From a virus (taxonomy: Duplodnaviria > Caudoviricetes), in IMG/VR virus record IMGVR_UViG_3300020577_007690, positions 1 to 64,000 of that record: a stretch of DNA of 64,000 bases; one strand, 5' to 3'. The position numbers were made by a program, and so were the translations under genes. The notes beneath the pieces are model-generated. The model ran no database searches and was not told where the DNA came from. It saw only the letters and a list, made by a program, of their open reading frames with translations. This document shows, piece after piece, positions 18,425 through 26,638 of this stretch. The stretch's first letter is position 1, and every line of letters starts with the position of its first letter.

Positions 18425-18595
18425 CTATCCGAGACTGCGCACACGCTTGCGCTGGAAACTCGGCGAGGACACCTTGCGCGCATCGCGCATAGGCGCCTTG
18501 ACCACCGTCTTAGGTCCGACCACGAAAGCACCGCGCACACTGGCGAGCACCTTCGCCGCAATCGGATCGATCGCGTCCGGCTTGTCACGCTTCAT
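18425..18595 (-). CDS. Early basic hypothetical protein, 56 aa (not in the ORF track)
   Basis: AGGAGG RBS then MKRDKPDAIDPIAAKVLASVRG... Confidence 0.5.
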   Translation of the reverse strand: MKRDKPDAIDPIAAKVLASVRGAFVVGPKTVVKAPMRDARKVSSPSFQRKRVRSLG

Positions 18596-18723
18596 AGTGC
18601 GATCCTCCTATCGATCGGCGCACAGATACGCAGCGTCAACACGCTAGCGCTCGCATGCTCATTTCAGTGCACCTATGCGCCGATCGATAGCCTGTAGCGC
18701 TCCGCGGAGCGCTACAGCGTGGA

Positions 18724-18876
18724 TCAACGCCAATCCGCTGGCGCTACCTGTAGCATGTCGCGATCGTCACGCAAAACGATCGCGACATGCGCGGCATTCA
18801 TTCGCCGCGCGCGGCGAATTGCAACGATCAGAGCAGACTCCGAAGGATTGACAACAATTATCCGTTTAGTTTCCAT
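18724..18876 (-). CDS. First gene of the left early arm, 50 aa (METKRIIVVNP...)
   Basis: Its start codon lies inside the left inverted-repeat arm, after the -35/-10 boxes and a GGAG RBS. Confidence 0.5.
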   Translation of the reverse strand: METKRIIVVNPSESALIVAIRRARRMNAAHVAIVLRDDRDMLQVAPADWR

Positions 18877-19325
18877 CTCTCACTCCGTCCTTTCACCACC
18901 TAGTCTAGTCACGCTTCACAGGATTCCAACACTGAACAAACAACTATTTTGTTCAGTGCTGCTTTTCCTGTCCTACCTGGTATCAGCCTCTAGACTAGCT
19001 CCATTTCAACGCAGGATGAGCTAGGACAAGCGATCGGCGTCTACCTGGTACACCTATACAGGCTTCAAGTTATCCACAGGCTACAGGAGAGTAGGCAATT
19101 GGTCCAACCATCCGATATCTGACCATTGGATGGTAGGATATCCTACCTGTAGGTTATTGGATGGTTGGATAGGTGGTTATCGGATGGCTCAATGGTCCAA
19201 CCATCCAATGTGTGCTGATGTAGGACAGGAAAAGCAGCACTGAACAAAATAGTTTGTTGTTCAGTGTTGGAATCCGGTGAAGCGTGACTAGACTAGGTGG
19301 TGAAAGGACGGAGTGAGATGGAAAC
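18869..19325. repeat. Long inverted repeat: arms 18869-18976 and 19220-19325 around a 243 bp core
   Basis: The arms are reverse complements apart from a CT indel, one substitution and a short AC/CA change. Each arm holds TTGGAA-N16-TAGACT, an RBS and ATGGAAAC. Confidence 0.95.
18977..19219. other. Candidate replication origin core
   Basis: Relatively AT-rich and non-coding. Perfect DnaA box TTATCCACA at 19070-19078. TCCAACCATCC-type repeats at 19103-19113, 19196-19206 (+) and 19159-19169, 19128-19138 (-). Confidence 0.5.
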
Positions 19326-19710
19326 GACGGAAACGAAACAGGCGCCGCGCGCATTCGATTGGATCGGCAGTATGTGCGCCGCTGTGATCATGTCCGATCG
19401 CAAGCGCCGCGAGCCTACGATCGCGCCGCGCAGTGCCAGCATGATCGATCGGACCTTCGCACGCAACGATCGGACGCATGCGGAGAACATGCGTCAAGCG
19501 CGATCGGTGGCGCGGCGTCCGAGCGCTCCGCGCATGATCGAGCGCTCCGCACCGATCGCGGCGCCGATCGAAGAAAGCACTTCAGATCGTGCGTGTGACG
19601 TTGCCGCGCATGAGGACAATTTGATGATGATGCTACACATTCGTTGCCTGCTAGGTATCGGCGGCGATCTGCCTGACATCAGCAAGGATCGCCTAGACAA
19701 AGGCGTCTAG
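19318..19710 (+). CDS. First gene of the right early arm, 130 aa (METTETKQ...)
   Basis: Its start codon lies inside the right inverted-repeat arm. Confidence 0.55.
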   Translation: METTETKQAPRAFDWIGSMCAAVIMSDRKRREPTIAPRSASMIDRTFARNDRTHAENMRQARSVARRPSAPRMIERSAPIAAPIEESTSDRACDVAAHEDNLMMMLHIRCLLGIGGDLPDISKDRLDKGV

Positions 19711-19784
19711 TCTTTCTCGGATTCTGAGGCGAGCGCTGCCACCGAAAGGTGGCCGCTCACCTCACTACCCGAGAGGAGGTCTCA

Positions 19785-19904
19785 ATGGAGATCGAGATCA
19801 TCAAGCGTCGCCGTCTGCCTGACGGATCGCTCAGCATCGCCCGCAGGTACATCGCTCCGGCGATCTACTTCGTCGAGTGTGCGGACTGGTGGGTGACGTC
19901 GTGA
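19785..19904 (+). CDS. Small hypothetical protein, 39 aa
   Basis: Strong GAGGAGG RBS; GTGA-coupled to the next gene. Confidence 0.45.
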   Translation: MEIEIIKRRRLPDGSLSIARRYIAPAIYFVECADWWVTS

Positions 19905-20500
19905 CGCGCCTCACGCTCTCGTCGGAGCAGGCTGTGCCGATGGCACGGCTTGCCTTCCCAGACTTCACCGGGAAGCGCTTCGAGTTCGACACGCGGACCA
20001 TGTACGAGGTCCGATCGTACGAGCTGTGCTGGTCTGAAGGAACCAAGAAGGAGGTCAAGATCCTCCGCCAGCGACCGGAAGGCGGCCTGGACGTCGTCGA
20101 GTTGACAGCGCTGTCTCCCTGGGACAACGGTCGCTGGTTCACCGAGGACTTACCCAAGAACATGCTCATCGTCGAGCGGCACTACAGCGGCAACCGGCAG
20201 TACGTGACCTTCACCGCGGCGCCCGGCTCGACCTTCGTACCGCAAGGCTTGCTCGACAAGCCGCAGATGGAGCTGACGCGGGATGAGCGGATGGTGTTGC
20301 TTGCTCACAAGCAACTCACCTCTGCGGCCCGCCCAGCGAGCTATGTACGGAATGGCCTCAATCCGGCGCGGCTGGAAGCGGCGATCGTGTCCCTCGTGAG
20401 CAAGAAGTTGCTCACGCGAAACCGTGCCGGATCGTCCATGGCGACGATCGAAGGCAAGAACGTGGCGCGAACCTTGCCCGAAGCAGGTTCGTTCTACTGA
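19901..20500 (+). CDS. Hypothetical protein with a C-terminal winged-helix-like segment
   Basis: LTRDERMVLLAH...RLEAAIVSLVSKKLLTR; GTG start coupled to the upstream stop. Confidence 0.55.
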   Translation: MTRLTLSSEQAVPMARLAFPDFTGKRFEFDTRTMYEVRSYELCWSEGTKKEVKILRQRPEGGLDVVELTALSPWDNGRWFTEDLPKNMLIVERHYSGNRQYVTFTAAPGSTFVPQGLLDKPQMELTRDERMVLLAHKQLTSAARPASYVRNGLNPARLEAAIVSLVSKKLLTRNRAGSSMATIEGKNVARTLPEAGSFY

Positions 20501-20876
20501 ACGAACGTCCGGCCCTCGGCTGGACTCAGCCCGTGAGGTATGCTTCGCTGGCTGAGTCGATTCGAGGAGGATTCCATGTCCCTGATCAACAGGATTGAGC
20601 GCGGCGGCTTCGTGCTGTCGTGCGTGTTACTCGGCCTCGCCTACCGCCTGCTCAACAGGGGGCGGTGATGGTGATCGTCAAGCTGGATGATCCGAAGTAC
20701 CCGTCTGGACCCGGCACTGTCGTCGGGCACTGCAACTCCGTCGAGGAGTACCGCAAGCAGACGGAGGATCGCGACGGTGCGCCCAACCGCAACATGCGGC
20801 TGCGCCACGGTGACATGGCTATCGGCACGCGCGTCGCGACGGCGCAGTACCACGGTCCCAACAACAAGGAGCGCTG

Positions 20877-21128
20877 ATGGTCGAGTACCACGTCGACATG
20901 CCGAATGGGAGTACGCGCATCTGCAACGATGCGCAGCAGGCGCAACTTCTGGCGGTGTCGATCGCCATGACAGGGCGCACCGCTACGATCGACGTGGTCT
21001 GCTGGACGGAGGAGGATGCAAAGGCGTACGGCGGCGACGACGCTGTCAAACGTTACCGCGATGACCCCGACGCCTCTGTCTTCGATCGGATCGAGATCCG
21101 TGCGGAGAGCAAAGGCATGGTGCCCTGA
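20877..21128 (+). CDS. Hypothetical protein
   Basis: 83 aa, AAGGAG RBS, TGATG coupling. Confidence 0.55.
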   Translation: MVEYHVDMPNGSTRICNDAQQAQLLAVSIAMTGRTATIDVVCWTEEDAKAYGGDDAVKRYRDDPDASVFDRIEIRAESKGMVP

Positions 21129-21171
21129 ACGAACGTCAGGTGTTAGATCTGACGGACCGGATGATTAGACT
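21125..21171 (+). promoter_or_regulatory. Motif promoter, copy 4: CTGAACGAACGTCAGGTG + TTAGAT, N17, TAGACT
   Basis: -35 at 21143-21148, -10 at 21166-21171. Confidence 0.65.
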
Positions 21172-21408
21172 AGAAACCAGGAGGGAACGATGATCCGCTA
21201 CTAGATGGCAACGAGTTTTCCCGTGCAGTGTACAACCCAACTTGCGGGTTGGGTGCTGCGGTTCTGAGAGAGCGTCTGTCCAGGCACTGATGTTATGCGC
21301 TACCTGCGAAGGTAGAGAGCAAATTGGATTAGCCTGGCGGTCCCGAGGGCTTTTTGCCCTGAGCGATCGTACTTCCGGCGTGACGGCTAGGAAGGACAGA
21401 AGGAGGAG

Positions 21409-21651
21409 ATGTCCCTCCCTGCTCAGGACCGCAGCACCGAACCCGCAACAGAGGAGCCCATGACCATCAAAGCGTACTTCGAAGAGGCCGGGAGCGGTCG
21501 CAAGCCCGTTCGCATCAACATCGTCGACTTCAGTGCCTTCGTCCACGCCGGACCAGAAGAGTACGTGCCCGTGTTCCCGGAGGACGGCAACGAGAGCCAG
21601 TTCTTCGTGCTGAAGAAGACACTCACCGACCTGGAGGTGGTGAGCCTCTAG
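21409..21651 (+). CDS. Hypothetical protein
   Basis: AGGAGGAG RBS. Confidence 0.5.
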   Translation: MSLPAQDRSTEPATEEPMTIKAYFEEAGSGRKPVRINIVDFSAFVHAGPEEYVPVFPEDGNESQFFVLKKTLTDLEVVSL

Positions 21652-21792
21652 GAGGCGCCCAGCTCTTGTGGGCTGGGTGCTGCTGTCAGACGGAAGCCGG
21701 ATCTAGAGGCATGGCGAGCCCCGGCCGAAGGTCGCAAGACCCCATCGCGTCAATCTGACATCAGCACCGAACCCACAAGGCAGGAGGATCGA

Positions 21793-23061
21793 ATGATGTT
21801 CGAACAGGGGGCCGCGAGCGATGTCGCTCGCGCCGTGGAGGATGCCAAGCTTGCGCTCGCCGCAGGCTTCACCCTCCCAGAGACAGTGGTCCCGTTCGGG
21901 ACCAAGGTGATCGACAGCGGCCAGGGGCTGTACCGCGAGAGCGAGCAGGCATTTGACGCGATGGAGAACGTGGACGACGTTCTCGATCAGCTTATCGCCC
22001 GCGTCGCCATGGAGGACCGTCGAGACATCAAGCTCGACTCGCTCTTCCGCAACCTGATGATGCGCAACGATGGGGCGCTCATCCTGAAGGGTCAGCCGAA
22101 CGCTCCCTCTCTCTTCATGAGCGAGACGGCGTTCGGCCAGCTCGCCAACTATGAGTACAAGGGCAAGCGGCTCATGCCGTCGAGCGCCATGTCGTACCTC
22201 TCGGACGACATGACGCCGATCGAGCACCGCGCCCGCGACGTCTCGGACTGGATACAGCGTGCGCAGCCGCCGCACAAGATGAAGCTGCGCACGCGGATGA
22301 AGAAGGGGCTCCCCCTGGAGAAGGGGGTAGCGGCGCGCGAGCTGTTCGCGATCACCAGCCCGACCTACAACACGGACGGGGATGTGGACAAGGTCGCCGG
22401 CATGCTCAAGGAGATGCAGCTTCAGGGCGCCAAGGGGCGCGCGAAGTACGACGGCGAGCGCTGGACGATCACCTGGCTCTACCACTCGACCATCGGCCAG
22501 GGTGAGAGCGTCGTCGCCGGAGAGGTCTTCGAGCTGGCGATCGTCGTCGGCGGCGCCGACGCGCGGAACGGCGGCCTCTGGGTCCAGATGCGCGTGCGGC
22601 GCAACCTGTGCCTGAACTGGATCATCATCGGAACCGCCGTGCAGAACCTGGGCAAGACCACCCACAACCGGCGCGACCTGAAGGGCTGGATCTTCGAGCA
22701 GGTGGCCGACGCCCTGAAGAGGAGCGACGGCTTCATCCAGAAGTGGAACGACGCCTGGAAGGCGAAGCTCCTCGGCAAGGATTACGCCTCGCCCGAGGAC
22801 GGCTTCGCGGATCTGGTCGCGAGGAACTACCTCAAGCCGCCTGCGGGGAGCGGTCTCGACAAGAAGGACTACATCGCGCGGCTGGTGTCCAACCACTACC
22901 GCGAGAAGGCGGCCTCGCCTTACGGCTACCTGTCGTGGGCGGACGCGGTGAACGCGGCGACGCGCATGCACGAGCATAGCTGGAAGTCGCCGTGGGCCGT
23001 CGATGACCAGGTCGAGCAGGGTAGCGCGCTGCTTCAGCACGTCTACGTGCTCGACAACTAG
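21793..23061 (+). CDS. DUF932-like phage/plasmid protein
   Basis: 422 aa, AGGAGG RBS; AIVVGGADARNGGLWVQMRVRRNLCLNW resembles the DUF932 signature (from memory). Confidence 0.6.
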   Translation: MMFEQGAASDVARAVEDAKLALAAGFTLPETVVPFGTKVIDSGQGLYRESEQAFDAMENVDDVLDQLIARVAMEDRRDIKLDSLFRNLMMRNDGALILKGQPNAPSLFMSETAFGQLANYEYKGKRLMPSSAMSYLSDDMTPIEHRARDVSDWIQRAQPPHKMKLRTRMKKGLPLEKGVAARELFAITSPTYNTDGDVDKVAGMLKEMQLQGAKGRAKYDGERWTITWLYHSTIGQGESVVAGEVFELAIVVGGADARNGGLWVQMRVRRNLCLNWIIIGTAVQNLGKTTHNRRDLKGWIFEQVADALKRSDGFIQKWNDAWKAKLLGKDYASPEDGFADLVARNYLKPPAGSGLDKKDYIARLVSNHYREKAASPYGYLSWADAVNAATRMHEHSWKSPWAVDDQVEQGSALLQHVYVLDN

Positions 23062-23064
23062 GAT

Positions 23065-23620
23065 GGTGTCCGACCCCGGCGGCCGTACAGTTGACGGCTG
23101 CCGGCACCACCGGACCCATTCGCAACGCTGCACGCGGATAGGATAGGCCGCGACAGAATGGAGGCAAGTCACCCGGAACCTGTACAGCTCCAACCGACCG
23201 TGGCGCAGCGGCTGCGGTCGGTCCCTACTCCCCTATATGGGCAGCAAACGAGAAACAGGCTGGTCAACAGAATTCAACAAGGCTTGGGGGCCTCACAATT
23301 CCCCGGTTTATGTGTTGCACGGTCGCGTGCATAGGGCACGCGATGGCTCACCCCCCATTCGTCGAAAGTGAGAACGCCCGCTAGTGCAGGGCTTGGCAGG
23401 CCACATCTTCCCGCACCGCGAGACGTTAAACGGAGTAGCGCTCTGCGGGTCAGGCTGGGTGCCGATAAAGGATGCGAGCACTTCCTTCTTTCAACCCTGC
23501 CTCTGATCGTCACCGCGAAGCTTGAAGGCGAAGACGAGGGCGACATACTGCCCATCCGCCCCGCCGGGGACGGAACCAGCCGATGAGGCCGAGCGACTGA
23601 ACGATCCGAGGTAGTCCTGA
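23065..23620 (+). ncRNA. Candidate structured intergenic RNA (element C)
   Basis: About 575 nt without a convincing ORF; several 8-12 bp stems whose irregular pairs are G-U only on the + strand. Confidence 0.35.
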
Positions 23621-23637
23621 ACGATAGGAGGTTTCCC

Positions 23638-24030
23638 GTGGCGTACAAGTGGAAGTTCATGTGCAGGTTGGAGCCGCAAGGGCACAGGCTGTTCCTCAGC
23701 GAGCCGAGCCATCGAGTGTCGGTCGCCGACAACAGCGGAGCAAGCCCAGAGCAGACAGAGGATGGTGTGCTGTGGTTCGATCCGACTCGACCGATCGACG
23801 TCGGCAAGAACGACTGCGCCATCCCCCTGCTCGACGATGCGGGGCGAAAGTCGCATACCGCGACAGGGCACCTCGGGGCGGCGCGTCTGGTACAGATGCT
23901 CCGCGCGCTCTACGCAGAGAGCGATCCCGGGGCGCCTGCTCTGATGGTCCACACGACGGAGCCCGCTTCCTTCACTGCGCGTGCGGCGGCCCATTTCATC
24001 AAGAGGGGGGTCACGGAGCCTGAGATCTGA
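23638..24030 (+). CDS. Hypothetical protein
   Basis: AGGAGG RBS before the GTG start. Confidence 0.6.
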   Translation: MAYKWKFMCRLEPQGHRLFLSEPSHRVSVADNSGASPEQTEDGVLWFDPTRPIDVGKNDCAIPLLDDAGRKSHTATGHLGAARLVQMLRALYAESDPGAPALMVHTTEPASFTARAAAHFIKRGVTEPEI

Positions 24031-24233
24031 TTTACTGGAAGACGACTTGTGCCGACAGACGCCAGGGCCGACGCCGTGTAGTTCGCGGCAGGTAGCAGCG
24101 GATGGGCGGCGCAGGCTCTTCCAGTTCTTTGTAGGGCGCTCGTCAGGTCTTCGTTCTGTAGTAGCCTACCTGCCTTGTGGGCGCAGAACGCGGGCATAAA
24201 CAGACGAGCGTCCTCTAAAGAACTGGAGGAAGA

Positions 24234-24425
24234 GTGAAAGACGAAATGAACGTGGCGGGGGAGAAGCTGATCCTCGCCAAGTGCAAGGACAAGTCGCACG
24301 CCCACAACGCTCCGCTGGCGCTTCAGTCGGCGGAGAAGCTCACCAAGCGTGTCAAGGCGACGTGCCTGGGCACCGAGCACGACCTGGAGCCTGTGGAGCG
24401 GAAGAAGAGAGGCAGGAAGGCATGA
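24234..24425 (+). CDS. Small hypothetical protein
   Basis: 63 aa, ATGA-coupled to the next gene. Confidence 0.45.
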   Translation: MKDEMNVAGEKLILAKCKDKSHAHNAPLALQSAEKLTKRVKATCLGTEHDLEPVERKKRGRKA

Positions 24426-24718
24426 GCAAGATACCCAAGCCAGAAGAGCTGTTCGAAGACCTGTCGCAGGAGGAGACGGAGATCCTCAACACGACGCGAG
24501 ACGTCCTGCTCAAAGAGATGCAGAAGAGGCGGGCGCAGCTCAAGAAAGACGGCTCCATCTATGTCGATGAGCCGGAGGGGGCGTACCGCGTCTTCGATCG
24601 TCTCGCCGCGGAGTTCCGCGCGCAGGGATGGCAGCTCGCACGCAAGTCCGGCAGGCAGGAGCTGTTCATCGAGGTCAGGGTGCTGGCGTCGTCGGCGCAG
24701 GACTTCTACGACAAGTAG
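24422..24718 (+). CDS. Hypothetical protein, 98 aa
   Basis: Coupled start at ATG 24422. Confidence 0.55.
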   Translation: MSKIPKPEELFEDLSQEETEILNTTRDVLLKEMQKRRAQLKKDGSIYVDEPEGAYRVFDRLAAEFRAQGWQLARKSGRQELFIEVRVLASSAQDFYDK

Positions 24719-24774
24719 TCCTCGCACAAGGCTAGACGCGGCGGGCGCAGATCGCGTACCTTGCAGTGGTCTAG

Positions 24775-25119
24775 ATGTCCGACCACTCAGAAACCGAAGC
24801 CGAGGATGACCTTCCCCCACGTCCGCGCACACGCAAGGACTGCCAGCTCGGCGGTAGCAACGACACGCGCCCCTGCGCATTCGTGAGCTGCCGCCACCAT
24901 CTCTATCTCGACGTCAACCCCGAGACTGGAAGCATCAAGTTCAACTACCCACACCTTGAAGTGTGGGAGCTGCCGCAGAGTTGCGCACTTGATGTCGCCG
25001 ATCGGGGTGGTGTTACACTAGACGAGGTTGGTGAGATCACGAACTTGACCCGCGAACGGATACGTCAGATAGAGGTCAAGGGTCTGTTGAAGCTGAAGAA
25101 GAAATCAAGGGAGGATTGA
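24775..25119 (+). CDS. Cys/His-containing protein with a C-terminal sigma-70 region 4 HTH (myxobacterial-type family)
   Basis: RPRTRKDC...[16 protein letters not shown]...[32 protein letters not shown]; TRERIRQIE is the sigma region 4.2 recognition helix. Confidence 0.8.
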   Translation: MSDHSETEAEDDLPPRPRTRKDCQLGGSNDTRPCAFVSCRHHLYLDVNPETGSIKFNYPHLEVWELPQSCALDVADRGGVTLDEVGEITNLTRERIRQIEVKGLLKLKKKSRED

Positions 25120-25122
25120 GAC

Positions 25123-25611
25123 ATGAACATCAGAACGTTGCGCCCCGTGGTGGCGCTCTTCGCGATGGCGATCATCGCGCTGGCATGCAACCAGCGCGGG
25201 TGTCAGACCCGCCAGAGCGACGTCCTCGACAAGGCGCTCTGGTACGCCGAGCGTCTCGTCGATCACAAGGGGGAGATGCGCGCTCAGGTCTGCGGCGAGA
25301 ACATCCGCCAGGCCAAGAACGACGCGCAGGCGGTGCTCGACGCGCGGGCGGAGGGCGCCGACAGCAGCAAGATCAGGCTGCTCGTCGAGACGGCGGACCG
25401 CTCCGAGGCGGCGATGGAGGTGAGCTGCGGCTGGCTGGGCAAGCCGCAGGCGGTGGACATGACGCCGCCGCCTGACCTGACCAAGCCCGCCGATCTGCGA
25501 GCGCCTGACCTGGCGTCTCCGTCCGACATGAAGCCGCCGAGCCCCGACGGCCACGCCGAGGAGCGGCACACGAGCACGGCGACGATGCTGGGGATGGGCT
25601 ATGTCCGCTGA
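25123..25611 (+). CDS. Lipoprotein with a Pro-Asp-Leu-type low-complexity tail
   Basis: Signal peptide with lipobox ALAC; PPPDLTKPADLRAPDLASPSDMKP. Confidence 0.65.
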   Translation: MNIRTLRPVVALFAMAIIALACNQRGCQTRQSDVLDKALWYAERLVDHKGEMRAQVCGENIRQAKNDAQAVLDARAEGADSSKIRLLVETADRSEAAMEVSCGWLGKPQAVDMTPPPDLTKPADLRAPDLASPSDMKPPSPDGHAEERHTSTATMLGMGYVR

Positions 25612-25776
25612 AGGAGGATCGCGCGTGGGTGAGATGATCGTGCTCGCTCTGGACGGGTTGCTCAGCGCCATCGGCCTCGTGCGGAAGAAGAAGGCGCAGG
25701 CCGAGGCTGCCAAGGGGCGCGGGACCGGCGACAAGATCGAAGCCAAGCTCACCGAGGCTGGCATCCCCAAGCCACA

Positions 25777-26064
25777 GTGAAGCGCTCCTACGTCGCCGAT
25801 CGCGACGCCTACCTCCGCACCCAGAAGTCACATCCACCGCTCGACTGCGCACCCGGCGAGCGCGTATGCCTGACGCGCTACCATCTGGTCTGCCTCAACA
25901 CGGGCGTGACAGACCCTGCGTGGTTCCAAGAGGGGTTGGTCACAGAGCTACCAGAGCACTTGCCCGAGCATGCGCGTGTGCTTTGGGACCGTGAGCAAGA
26001 AGCAGTCCTCGTACATCGAGGCAACCTCGCCCACCTGGGCGCCAACCTTCGGAGGTGTGAATGA
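25777..26064 (+). CDS. Hypothetical protein
   Basis: 95 aa, coupled to small flanking ORFs. Confidence 0.45.
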   Translation: MKRSYVADRDAYLRTQKSHPPLDCAPGERVCLTRYHLVCLNTGVTDPAWFQEGLVTELPEHLPEHARVLWDREQEAVLVHRGNLAHLGANLRRCE

Positions 26065-26215
26065 GCTACGGCAAACAGATGCAGATCAGTCCGCACGACA
26101 GCGCGGGGCCTTGGAAGCGCTTCACGAAGAAGTGTACGGTGAGAAGGATGAGGCGTCGTGCGAAGCGCGACCCGGAGAACGCTCCTGTGAAGAACAGCTA
26201 CCTGGACTACTCCAA

Positions 26216-26638
26216 CTAGGGCAGCCGCACCGACTGAAGCAGCCGCAGCGGTGAGAGCGGCACGACGCAGTAGCGGTCGCTGGCGCTGTCCACGAACCAC
26301 ACGTCCCAGAAGTACCGCTGACGGTTCTCTTCTTCGAGTCGCTTCGTGTCGAGCGGCGTGATGGAGAAGCTGCACCACCCCTCTCCCTCGCTCGTCAGGA
26401 CCGTCGCCGTCTTCTCGAATTTCTTGTCGCCGAAGCTGCCTGGGCGATCCTTCACCATGAGGAGGACGGAGCCGCCTGCCAGGCTCTGCCACACCCCGTT
26501 GGACCGGACGATCCGCATCTTGACCGTCGTCGTCTCGCCGACGCGAAGCGCCAGCGTACGATACGCAGCCTGCGGGACGTTCAGCCCGCGCACACCACCA
26601 ACCTCTACCACACCGATGACGTCGTCGAAGATCATCAT
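26216..26638 (-). CDS. Virion/fibre-associated beta-sandwich protein (BppU-N-like)
   Basis: Last gene of the tail operon, ATGA-coupled; WCSFSITPLDT...YFWDVWF pattern. Confidence 0.45.
   Translation of the reverse strand: MMIFDDVIGVVEVGGVRGLNVPQAAYRTLALRVGETTTVKMRIVRSNGVWQSLAGGSVLLMVKDRPGSFGDKKFEKTATVLTSEGEGWCSFSITPLDTKRLEEENRQRYFWDVWFVDSASDRYCVVPLSPLRLLQSVRLP

Noticed and set aside
18869-19325. N15-like telomere resolution site or genome termini
   Set aside because: The arms are separated by 243 bp of unique sequence rather than forming a continuous palindrome, and no protelomerase is recognisable
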